From contig DASWKB010000038.1 of assembly GCA_036396895.1 (NCBI GenBank), positions 13,145-77,144 of the forward strand: a stretch of 64,000 bases of DNA, in the 5' to 3' direction. Of the stretch, positions 1 to 8,188 are shown piece after piece. A program made the position numbers and the translations under genes. Position 1 is the stretch's first letter; each line of letters starts with the position of its first letter. This DNA is from a bacterium (GTDB lineage Bacteria > Omnitrophota > Gorgyraeia > Aquiviventales > Aquiviventaceae). The notes beneath the pieces are model-generated. The model was not told where the DNA came from. It searched no databases and saw nothing but the letters and a program-made list of their open reading frames with translations.

Positions 1-1368
1 GCCGCGATACCCGTTGCCGGCCAGCGCGAGGCCCGGCACGCCCGCAAGCCGCCGATCGAGGTCCGCCATGCGCGACGGATGCCCCACCGCGTACTGCGGC
101 ATCGCCTCAGGATACCGGTGCACGGAGATCCACAACGGGGCCGAGCGCGAACCGATCAGTTCCGCGAGCTCCTTGACGACCATCGCCCCCAGCGCCTCCT
201 CCCCGAGCGACGCGACGGGGCGATGCATCGCGCCACCGACGAACGCGCGCACGAGGACCGAGCCGGCCGGCGCCCGGTGAGGGAATTTCGTGCTGGCGAA
301 CGTGCAGCCGATGAGCGGCCGCCCTTCGACGGCGGGCACCACGAATCCGAATCCATCGAGCGCATGAAGTACGTCCGTCCGCCGGAACGCGACATTCACG
401 GTCGCGACCGACTCGTACCGGATGCCGCCGATGAGCGCGGCCGCCTCCGGGAGCGCCTCCGCCAGCACCGCCGCCGCCTGCGGCGCCGGCAGCGCCACGC
501 AGACGGCGTCCGCCTCGAGCGTCTCGCCGGGCGCCGCGCGCACGCTCCAGGATCCGCCCGGCTCAGGCCGTGCGACGGATCGCACCCGGCATCCGGCGCG
601 CAGCCGCGCCCCCCGCTCGCGCAGCCGGCCGAGGAGCGCGCCGATGATCGACTCCATGCCTCCCCGCAGCGATACGAACAGACCGTACCGAGGCCCGCTG
701 GCGCCGCGCATCGCGCCGTCGCGCGCCCGGACGCGCGCGCGCAGCGCCCGGATCAGGCTGCCGTGGCGCCGCTCCATCTCGGCGAGCTGCGGCAACGTCG
801 CGCCGAGGCTGAGCCGGTCAGGATCCGCCGTGTAGATGCCGGAAATCATGGGCTGCGCGAGCCGCTCCAGCGCCTCGCGGCCGAACCGCCGACGGACGAA
901 GCCGCCGACGCTCTCATCGTCCTCTCCGGACCGGGGCGGAATCCACCACTCCCCCGCCATGCGGAGCTTCGCCCGCCAGCCCACGAGATCCGTCCGGAAC
1001 AGCGTGCTGAACCTGACCGGAAGGCCGAGATAGATCCCTTCCGGCACGGGGCTTAACCGCCCGCGGTGAACGATGAAACTCCGCCGGCAGTCCTGATTCG
1101 TCCCGATCAGCTCTCCCCCGAGGCCGAGCCGCTGGCAGAGCTCCAGCGCCCACGGCTTGTCGGCAATGAAGGCGTCGGGGCCCGCCTCGAGCAGGAAGCC
1201 CTCGCGCGCGGATGAGGCGATCACGCCTCCGAACCGAGCGCCCGCCTCCAGCAGGGTCAGATCGAGCCGCCGCCCATCCTCCCCGGCCAGCTCCAGGGCC
1301 CGGTGCGCGGCGGCCAGCCCGGACACGCCGCCGCCGATGACGATCAGGCGAAACCGGTCCCGGCTCAT
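1..1368 (-). CDS. hemY: Protoporphyrinogen/coproporphyrinogen oxidase (HemY/CgoX type), 3' end outside window
   Basis: Not in the ORF track because it runs off the edge. Manual translation from ATG 1368 gives MSRDRFRLIVIGGGVSGLAAA (FAD-binding GxGxxG), LLEAG..FGG, EAGPDAF and, at the window edge, LAGNGYRG. Lies directly downstream of hemE. Confidence 0.9.
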   Translation of the reverse strand, partial: MSRDRFRLIVIGGGVSGLAAAHRALELAGEDGRRLDLTLLEAGARFGGVIASSAREGFLLEAGPDAFIADKPWALELCQRLGLGGELIGTNQDCRRSFIVHRGRLSPVPEGIYLGLPVRFSTLFRTDLVGWRAKLRMAGEWWIPPRSGEDDESVGGFVRRRFGREALERLAQPMISGIYTADPDRLSLGATLPQLAEMERRHGSLIRALRARVRARDGAMRGASGPRYGLFVSLRGGMESIIGALLGRLRERGARLRAGCRVRSVARPEPGGSWSVRAAPGETLEADAVCVALPAPQAAAVLAEALPEAAALIGGIRYESVATVNVAFRRTDVLHALDGFGFVVPAVEGRPLIGCTFASTKFPHRAPAGSVLVRAFVGGAMHRPVASLGEEALGAMVVKELAELIGSRSAPLWISVHRYPEAMPQYAVGHPSRMADLDRRLAGVPGLALAGNGYRG

Positions 1369-1375
1369 GACAACA

Positions 1376-3322
1376 TCAGCGCCGGGAAAACTCGTGCACG
1401 GCGTCAACGAAGATTCTCGCGTGATCGGGCGGCGTGCCCGGCAGCACGCCGTGGCCGAGGTTCGCGATATGGCCCGGGAGGCCTCCCGCCCGGCTCAACA
1501 GCCGGCGCACGCGCGCGCGGATCGTCTCCGGCTCCGCGAACAGCGCGACCGGATCGAGGTTGCCCTGAATGCCGACGCCGGAGCCGATTTGACGCCAGGC
1601 CTCATCGAGCTCGATGCGGTGATCGACGCCGATCACGTCGCCGCCCGCCTCCCGCATGGCCGCCAGCAGCGTCGCCGTCTGGGTCCCGAACTGGATCACG
1701 GGGGTCCCCTGCGGCAGCGCGCGGATCACCGCCCGCGTGTGCGGCAGCACGAACTCGCGGTAGTCCGCCGGAGAGAGGCAGCCGACCCAGCTGTCGAAGA
1801 GCTGCACCGCGTCGGCGCCGGCTTCGATCTGCCCGATCAGGTATTTCGCGATGCCCCGGGAGAGCTTCTCCATCAGCGCGCGCCAGGCGCCGGGGTCCCG
1901 GTACATGAAGCGCTTGGTTTGGATGAAGGATCTGGACGTGCCGCCTTCGATGATGTAGGACGCGAGCGTGAACGGCGCGCCCGCGAAGCCGATCAGCGGC
2001 ACGCGCGCGTCGAGCCCCGCGCGCGCCAGGCGCACGGCGTCGAACACGAATCCGAGCGATTCGCCGGGCTCGATCTCGCGGAGGCGGTCCACGCCCGCGG
2101 CGGTCACCGACGCGCCGCCGCCGATGACCGGCCCCTCCTCGGCCGTGTACTCGAGCTCCAGCCCCAGCGGCTCGACGATGAGCAGCAAATCGGAGAAGAT
2201 GATGGCCGCGTCCACGCCGAGCGATTCCACGGCCGAAATGGTGACTTCCGCGGCGAGCTCCTTCGTCTTGCACAGCTCAAGGAACGAGACCGCGCTGCGC
2301 ACGCGGCGATACTCCGGCAGATAGCGCCCCGCTTGGCGCATCAGCCACACGGGCGTCACGCCGGCGGCCTCGCCGCGGCAGGCGGCGAGAAAGGGCGAAT
2401 CGCGCCGGGCCTCCATCGGGCGCCCTGCGGAGGGAACGGCGCCGGTGAACCGATGGAGCGGGCGGGCGCGCGCCTCGAGCAGTGCCACCGCCTGCGCCGC
2501 CAGCTCCGACACGAACAGGCCCATCTTCGAATGCGTGGGCTCGAAGTCGGCCCGGAGACCGCAGTCCTGCAGCGTTTCGCTGGTCGTCGGCCCGATCGAG
2601 GCGATGACCACGCGCCGGAGCGCCTCGCGGAAGGCCCCTTCCCGGCCGCACTCCCCGGCCAGGCGCAACAGATGGCGCACCTGGGCGGCGTTCGTGAACA
2701 GCGCGAACTGCACGCCGCCGCCGATCACCGCGTCGATCGCGCGCAGCACCGGAGCGGTGTCGTCGGGCAGCGCCCACCGGTACACGGGCACCCGCATCAC
2801 CCGGGCGCCGCGGCGCTTCAGCGCCTCCAGCAGGCGTTCGTTCGAAACGCCGTACTCCTGCACGGCCACGAGCCGCCCCTCGAGGGGAACGCTGCGCTCG
2901 CTCTGCTCGAGGGCCTGCAGGATCTCCTGCCAGGTGTTGGGCTCGGGCACCGTCAGGGCGATCGCGATCCCCCGGTCCTTCAGCACCCGCAGCGGCTTCG
3001 GGCCGCGGGCCACGACGGTCACCTTCGAGAGCGCGGCGGCGATCCGGTCCCACGGGTCGCGCGACTCGAGCGTCTCCAGGAGCAGCCGGGTCCCGACGCC
3101 GGTCATGCACACGAGCACGTCCACCTCTCCTGCCAGCAGGCGCTCGCCGAAGGCGGCCGCCTCCGGCTGACGGCCGAGGGGCACCTCCTGCAGGGCGGGC
3201 GCGCTCAGGGGCATGCCGCCGTAGCGGGACACGCTTTTGGCCATCACGTCGGCCATCCGGCTTTCGAAGACGGCGACCGTGGTGCCCGCGAATCCCTGGG
3301 TTGTCGTCACTGTGTGCTGCAT
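1376..3322 (-). CDS. hemE: Fused uroporphyrinogen-III synthase (HemD) / uroporphyrinogen decarboxylase (HemE)
   Basis: N-half is HemD-like (FESRMA, TGVGT, RGPKP, VPVYRW, SIGPTT). C-half has HemE motifs PVWLMRQAGRYLPEYR, AIIFSDLL, QGNLDP, NLGHGV. Confidence 0.93.
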   Translation of the reverse strand: MQHTVTTTQGFAGTTVAVFESRMADVMAKSVSRYGGMPLSAPALQEVPLGRQPEAAAFGERLLAGEVDVLVCMTGVGTRLLLETLESRDPWDRIAAALSKVTVVARGPKPLRVLKDRGIAIALTVPEPNTWQEILQALEQSERSVPLEGRLVAVQEYGVSNERLLEALKRRGARVMRVPVYRWALPDDTAPVLRAIDAVIGGGVQFALFTNAAQVRHLLRLAGECGREGAFREALRRVVIASIGPTTSETLQDCGLRADFEPTHSKMGLFVSELAAQAVALLEARARPLHRFTGAVPSAGRPMEARRDSPFLAACRGEAAGVTPVWLMRQAGRYLPEYRRVRSAVSFLELCKTKELAAEVTISAVESLGVDAAIIFSDLLLIVEPLGLELEYTAEEGPVIGGGASVTAAGVDRLREIEPGESLGFVFDAVRLARAGLDARVPLIGFAGAPFTLASYIIEGGTSRSFIQTKRFMYRDPGAWRALMEKLSRGIAKYLIGQIEAGADAVQLFDSWVGCLSPADYREFVLPHTRAVIRALPQGTPVIQFGTQTATLLAAMREAGGDVIGVDHRIELDEAWRQIGSGVGIQGNLDPVALFAEPETIRARVRRLLSRAGGLPGHIANLGHGVLPGTPPDHARIFVDAVHEFSRR

Positions 3323-3383
3323 CGTGCCTCAGCGGTGTGTGCGATTTCGATGACTGGATGATGCCGAGTCTGGAGCAGGCGCG

Positions 3384-3472
3384 GTGCCAAATTCGGAATG
3401 CGGAATTCGGAATGCGGAATGACGTTCAAGCAGATCGATTCCGAATTCTCAATTCCCAATTCCGAATGTCAC
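3384..3472. repeat. Heptamer-repeat hairpin element, GTGCCAAAT family, copy 1
   Basis: GTGCCAAAT, then AATTCGG/AATGCGG units, a short loop, reverse-complement units, ending GAATGTCAC. Confidence 0.8.
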
Positions 3473-3495
3473 GTCGGACCATGGTCTCAACGCAG

Positions 3496-4572
3496 TTAAG
3501 GCTTGAGGTACTCCTCCCGATAGATGGTCACCAAGGAAAAGAACAGGGTCAGCACGACGGGGGCCAAGAAGACGCCGATCAGGCCGTAGGCGCGGATGCC
3601 GCCCAGGATGCCGAGAAACAGCAGGAGGTACGGCAGTTTGGTGCGCTCGCCGATGAGGGCCGGCTTGAGCAGGTTGTCCACCAGGCTGATGCCCGCCACG
3701 CCCAGCACAAACAGGATGCCGGCGCGGACGACCTCCTGCTGCACCAGCAGGTACACGACCAGCGGAAGCCACACCATGCTGGCGCCCGCCACCGGCAGCA
3801 GCGCCGCCAGGAACGTCAGCGCGCCGAACAGCACGGGAAACGGCACCCCGATCAGCCAAAAGATGATCCCGCTCAAGATCCCCTGCGCGATGCCCGTCAG
3901 CACCTGACCCCGGATGACCGCGGCGAGCGTCTCGTTGATCTGGCCGAACAGCGCCTGCTTCGTCTGGGCTCTGAGCGGCGTCACCTGATGGATGAAATCC
4001 ACGATGCCGGGACCGTGCCTGAGGAACACGTAGAGCAGCGCGAACGTCAGGAGCGCCGAGAGTCCGGACAGCAGGAGATTGCGCGTCAGCAGGCCGGCCT
4101 GCCGGGCCGAGAAGTTCCCCATGCCCTTGACCGCCTCGAGGAGCCAATCGGCGAAGTTCGACTTGGCGGGGCCGAGCTCCGCCACCTGGCGCTGCAGCTG
4201 CTGGAAGAGCGGCATCTCCCGCACGCGCTCGACCACCTCCTCGAGATGCCCCTCCTGGACATAGGCGGCGACCTGCTGGTAAAACCCCGCGGCCTGGAAC
4301 GCCAGTTTTGTGACTAACATCAGCACCGGCGGGACGAGCACCACCGCCAGGATCACCGTGACGGTGAGCGCCGCCAGCGGTTCGGTGAACCTGGCCCGCT
4401 CGATGAGCCGGCGCTGAAGCGGATAGCACGCGAACGCCAGGATGCCGGCCCACAGGATGGAATTGATGAACGGGGACAGCACCAGATACACCTGGTATAC
4501 GATGAACGCCAGGAGGAGCAGGAAGAATCCGTTCAGGAGCCGGTCGCGGGGCATCGCCACTGATTTTACCAC
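3496..4572 (-). CDS. AI-2E family transporter
   Basis: 358 aa multi-TM protein with DNLLKPALIG and GLIGVFLAP motifs typical of AI-2E/PerM. Confidence 0.9.
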   Translation of the reverse strand: MVKSVAMPRDRLLNGFFLLLLAFIVYQVYLVLSPFINSILWAGILAFACYPLQRRLIERARFTEPLAALTVTVILAVVLVPPVLMLVTKLAFQAAGFYQQVAAYVQEGHLEEVVERVREMPLFQQLQRQVAELGPAKSNFADWLLEAVKGMGNFSARQAGLLTRNLLLSGLSALLTFALLYVFLRHGPGIVDFIHQVTPLRAQTKQALFGQINETLAAVIRGQVLTGIAQGILSGIIFWLIGVPFPVLFGALTFLAALLPVAGASMVWLPLVVYLLVQQEVVRAGILFVLGVAGISLVDNLLKPALIGERTKLPYLLLFLGILGGIRAYGLIGVFLAPVVLTLFFSLVTIYREEYLKP

Positions 4573-4639
4573 ACCATCGCGGTTCCAAGCTGCGGGTTCC
4601 GCGTCAAAGGTTGGCGGCGAGGACCTGGGAATCCCGAGA

Positions 4640-4852
4640 GGCTGGAAGCTGGAGGCTGGAGGCTAGAATGAGTACGTGATCATTCTAAATGCGCCCACGA
4701 TTGCATCTAAACATTGGGCGCATTTACCCTGAGCGAAGTCGAAGGGTACCCCCTCGACTCGCTTTGCTCGCTCGGGGTAAATGGAACCCATTCGAATGTT
4801 AACATGCAATGTGGGTTCCATTTAGCTCCCAGCCTCTCGCGTCCAACTTCTC
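4640..4852. repeat. Nested composite palindromic intergenic element
   Basis: Outer GCTGGA(A/G) heptamer arms, two mutually inverted hairpins (4687-4725, 4779-4823) and a central CCCTGAGCGAAGTCGAAGGG REP-like stem (4721-4783). Confidence 0.75.
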
Positions 4853-4865
4853 ATCGACTCGTTGC

Positions 4866-5465
4866 TCAGGAGGTCGGAGCGAAGTACGGGTTTGTCCCCG
4901 AGGCGTGGTCGGTGGTGTCGTAGATGTCCTTGATCTCCGGCAGCTGTTCGCGCAGCATGGCCTCGATCCCGTGCCGCAGGGTCACGTTGGCCATGCCGCA
5001 GCCGTGGCACCCGCCCCCCATGCGAAGGTACACGTTGCCCTCCCTAACGTCGGTGAGCTCGACGAACCCGCCGTGCTGGGCGATCGCCGGGTTGACCTTG
5101 GAGTCGAAGAGCTCCCGAATCCTGCGCATCAGCTCGAAGTCCGGCGCGCGCCGCGCCAAGAGCTGTTCGCTGACGGCCGGCTCCCCGCTCCCGAGGTGCG
5201 CGCGGATGACACCCGCGATCTGCGCGGCCGTGACGCGCCAGTCCTGCTCGTCATGCTTGGTGACCGTCAGGGTGTTCCCGGCGATCCGGACGCCGTGCAC
5301 TTTGGCCTCCTGAAACAGCTTCTCGGCCAGCCCGGACCCCTTCGCCGACTCAGGATCCGTGAACGAGACGGACCCCTCGGCGAGCAGCGTCCGGTCGATG
5401 GTCAGCTTGCACACTTCCGGCTCAGACGGCTCGAGGTGAGCCTCGATCTTGATGGTCTGGTCCAT
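4866..5465 (-). CDS. NifU/Nfu family Fe-S cluster carrier (N-terminal scaffold + NifU-C domain)
   Basis: VNPAIAQHGGFVEL and GGGCHGCGMA (CxxC), ending TTDHASGTNPY. Confidence 0.9.
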   Translation of the reverse strand: MDQTIKIEAHLEPSEPEVCKLTIDRTLLAEGSVSFTDPESAKGSGLAEKLFQEAKVHGVRIAGNTLTVTKHDEQDWRVTAAQIAGVIRAHLGSGEPAVSEQLLARRAPDFELMRRIRELFDSKVNPAIAQHGGFVELTDVREGNVYLRMGGGCHGCGMANVTLRHGIEAMLREQLPEIKDIYDTTDHASGTNPYFAPTS

Positions 5466-5791
5466 GGATCGAACCTCCTTGGATGGAACGGCGGCGTGGC
5501 CTGCCTATTTACTATAGCATGTCGTCCCGTCGCCGAACACCCCTCCCCTTGCGACCCCCTTGAGTTTGGCGACCAGTAACCGGTCCTGTGCCGCCACGGA
5601 ACTTCAGGCGTGTGCCGGCGCGGAAGAGCATGTTTGTGCATCTGTGCAGAACCCCGTTTGTGCCACGACGCCACCCTCAACAACGGAATGTTGGATAGAT
5701 GCACATCGGCACAAGCGTGATGGTCCATGATGGCCCAAACGGCTGGTTTCGTGATGGGACAATCCTGCTCTCCCGATACAGCACAAGACTG

Positions 5792-5870
5792 ACTCCGCAC
5801 TCCCCACTCCACACTCCGCACTTGGCGCGACCGCTCGCGACGTGCCCCTCGCCCCATGCCCCCCGCCCCG
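5792..5870. repeat. Heptamer tandem repeats (ACTCCGC-like, then CCCCTCG-like)
   Basis: actccgc actcccc actccac actccgc, followed by degenerate C-rich 7-mers. Confidence 0.6.
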
Positions 5871-5896
5871 ACACGGCCCACGGTCCAGAGACGTCG

Positions 5897-6715
5897 CTAC
5901 CAGGTGATCCCGGAACCGGTCGGCGTCCGCCAGACTCCCAGCAGCACTGGGAGGGTTCCCCCCCAAGCCAGCCGGCCGAAGCGGTCCACGGCGATGGCCG
6001 CCAGCCGTTTCCGGCGAAGCTCCCGGAGCATGCTCCGGAGCACGACTGCCGGCGAGCGTCCATCGCGCGCGCGTTCGGCGATCCGTACGGCCAGCGCGGC
6101 TTCGACGATATCCTCTCCCAGCCCGGTGCAGGACACGGCCACGTTGTCGCCGGCCCAGTTTCCGACAGGCATGCCGCTGTCGCTCACCCGCCCCGCGGAC
6201 GCGCGCCGCTTGCCCCCGGTTGAGGTGGCTGCCGCCAGGCGGCCGGCGCGGTCGACGGCGACCGCCCCGACCGTGCCCGGCCCCTGAGGACGGATAGCCC
6301 GCCAGGCAACGGCGGGCCCCGCCGCCAAGCCCAGCCGGCGGGCGAACCTCGAAGCTTCCGGCCCAGCCAGGATCCTGTCGGAGCGTCCCAGCAGCGCTCG
6401 AGCCGCCCGAACGGGGTTCCGGACTCGCTCAATATTGAGGACACCCCCGAACCGGCTTGATTCGCCGTCCATGACCGAGGCGCTCATCCGGACCCGCCCG
6501 TCCCGCTGGGCGACCGACCCGGTCCCGGCATTGAACATCGGGTCGTCCTCCAGCCTGGACACGGCGTCCACCACGGCCGCAAGCGCCCCGGACCGCCGCA
6601 GGACGCGGTAGCCGTACTCGCAGATGCGCCTCAGGCGGCGCTCGGCCTCCCGCAGGCGCGCCGTGTCCGCCTGCGATCCGGCCCCCCCATGGATCACCAG
6701 CGCTGGGCGGCTCAT
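5897..6715 (-). CDS. Isoaspartyl peptidase / L-asparaginase (Ntn-hydrolase)
   Basis: IHGGAG, LEDDPMFNAGTGS, GTVGAVAVD (nucleophile Thr), AATSTGG, GRVSDS, SCTGLGE. Start taken at MSRPALV (6715); upstream ATGs are possible. Confidence 0.88.
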   Translation of the reverse strand: MSRPALVIHGGAGSQADTARLREAERRLRRICEYGYRVLRRSGALAAVVDAVSRLEDDPMFNAGTGSVAQRDGRVRMSASVMDGESSRFGGVLNIERVRNPVRAARALLGRSDRILAGPEASRFARRLGLAAGPAVAWRAIRPQGPGTVGAVAVDRAGRLAAATSTGGKRRASAGRVSDSGMPVGNWAGDNVAVSCTGLGEDIVEAALAVRIAERARDGRSPAVVLRSMLRELRRKRLAAIAVDRFGRLAWGGTLPVLLGVWRTPTGSGITW

Positions 6716-6795
6716 TCCGCTTCCCATTCGACCCCTGCCCATGCTCATGTTATGTCCCCCTCCCCGCCCTTCCCCCACCGCACTGGGTGTCTGGG

Positions 6796-6841
6796 TGTCC
6801 CCAAGGTGACAGTCACCCAGGTGACTGTCACCTTGGGGACA
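6796..6841. repeat. Perfect 22-bp inverted repeat, REP-like doublet
   Basis: TGTCCCCAAGGTGACAGTCACC-CA-GGTGACTGTCACCTTGGGGACA. Each arm contains the internal palindrome GGTGAC-W-GTCACC. Confidence 0.85.
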
Positions 6842-6896
6842 GGCATGGGCGTGTGCGTGCTATCGACATGGATGGCTAACCACCGGCACTAACTGC

Positions 6897-6924
6897 TTGC
6901 ATCCATGGAATTTTCGATTATACT
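6897..6924 (+). promoter_or_regulatory. Putative sigma70 promoter of ino1
   Basis: TTGCAT-16 nt-TATACT, followed by an AGGAGG RBS before ATG 6958. Confidence 0.6.
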
Positions 6925-6957
6925 ACTAGGGCTGTTTTCCACCAGGAGGGATGCTGC

Positions 6958-8169
6958 ATGAGACGGGCCGTGCGGCCGATTAGAATTGCCATCGTTGGCG
7001 TGGGAAATTGCGCCAGCTCTCTGTTGCAAGGCATCGCCTATTACGGGTCAAAGACTCCCGATGACGTCATCGGGCTCATGCACTGGGATCTCGGGGGCTA
7101 CCATCCCGGCGATCTCCAGGTAGTCGCGGCGTTCGACATCGATCAGCGCAAGGTCGGGCTGGACGTCGCAACGGCCATCTTCCAGCCCCCGAACTGCACC
7201 GCCGTCTTCCACCGCGAGGTGCCTCCCTCCGGCGCCACCGTGTCCATGGGCCCGGTGCTGGATGGCTATTCGGAGCACATGCGGGGCTACGAGGCGGCCC
7301 AGACGTTCCTCCCCGCGGACGTGCCCGAACCGACCGCCAAGCAGGTCATCGCCTCGCTCAAGGCCTCCGGTGCGGAGATCATGCTGAACTATCTGCCCGT
7401 CGGTTCCGAGCAGGCCACCCGGTTCTACGCCGAATGCGCGCTGGAGTCCGGGGTCGCATTCATCAACAACATGCCGGTGTTCATCGCCAGCGACCCCGCC
7501 TGGGCGGGCCGGTTCGCCGAGCGGAACCTGCCGATCATCGGCGATGACATCAAGTCCCAGCTCGGCGCCACCATCACCCACCGGGCGCTCACGGACCTCT
7601 TCAAGAAGCGCGGCGTCAAGCTCGAACGGACCTACCAGCTCAATACGGGCGGCAACACCGACTTCCTCAATATGCTCAACCGAACCCGGCTCTCGTCCAA
7701 GAAGCGCTCGAAGACCGAAGCGGTGCAGGCGGTGGCGGCCGAGCGCCTGGACCCCAACAACATCCACATCGGACCCAGCGACTACGTGCCCTGGCAGAAG
7801 GATAACAAGGTCTGCTTCATTCGGATGGAAGGCAAGCTCTTCGGCGACATCCCGATGAACCTCGAACTGCGGCTGTCGGTCGAAGATTCGCCGAACTCGG
7901 CCGGGGTCGCCATTGACGCCGTCCGCTGCTGTCGGCTGGCGCTCGACGCCGGACAAGGCGGGAACCTGGCAGGCCCCTCGGCGTACTTCATGAAGCATCC
8001 CCCCGCGCAGTTCCCTGACGACGAAGCGTACCGGATGGTCGAGGACTTCATCCGCACCCACCAGCCGGCCTCCAAGCCGGCTCCGGCGGGAGGGCGCTAC
8101 GCGGCCGCCGGCAGCGCCACCGACGGGAACGGCGCGCATTCCGTCGCGCGCATCGCGCGTAAAAAGTAA
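6958..8169 (+). CDS. ino1: myo-Inositol-1-phosphate synthase (inositol-3-phosphate synthase)
   Basis: [51 protein letters not shown]. Confidence 0.95.
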   Translation: MRRAVRPIRIAIVGVGNCASSLLQGIAYYGSKTPDDVIGLMHWDLGGYHPGDLQVVAAFDIDQRKVGLDVATAIFQPPNCTAVFHREVPPSGATVSMGPVLDGYSEHMRGYEAAQTFLPADVPEPTAKQVIASLKASGAEIMLNYLPVGSEQATRFYAECALESGVAFINNMPVFIASDPAWAGRFAERNLPIIGDDIKSQLGATITHRALTDLFKKRGVKLERTYQLNTGGNTDFLNMLNRTRLSSKKRSKTEAVQAVAAERLDPNNIHIGPSDYVPWQKDNKVCFIRMEGKLFGDIPMNLELRLSVEDSPNSAGVAIDAVRCCRLALDAGQGGNLAGPSAYFMKHPPAQFPDDEAYRMVEDFIRTHQPASKPAPAGGRYAAAGSATDGNGAHSVARIARKK

Positions 8170-8188
8170 CCCCACTTCCGTCGCTGTT

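Noticed and set aside
5466-5790. Lower-GC intergenic stretch as an sRNA, sigma54 promoter or small gene
   Set aside because: No correct TGGCAC-N5-TTGC spacing, no recognisable RNA family, and the overlapping ORFs lack motifs.
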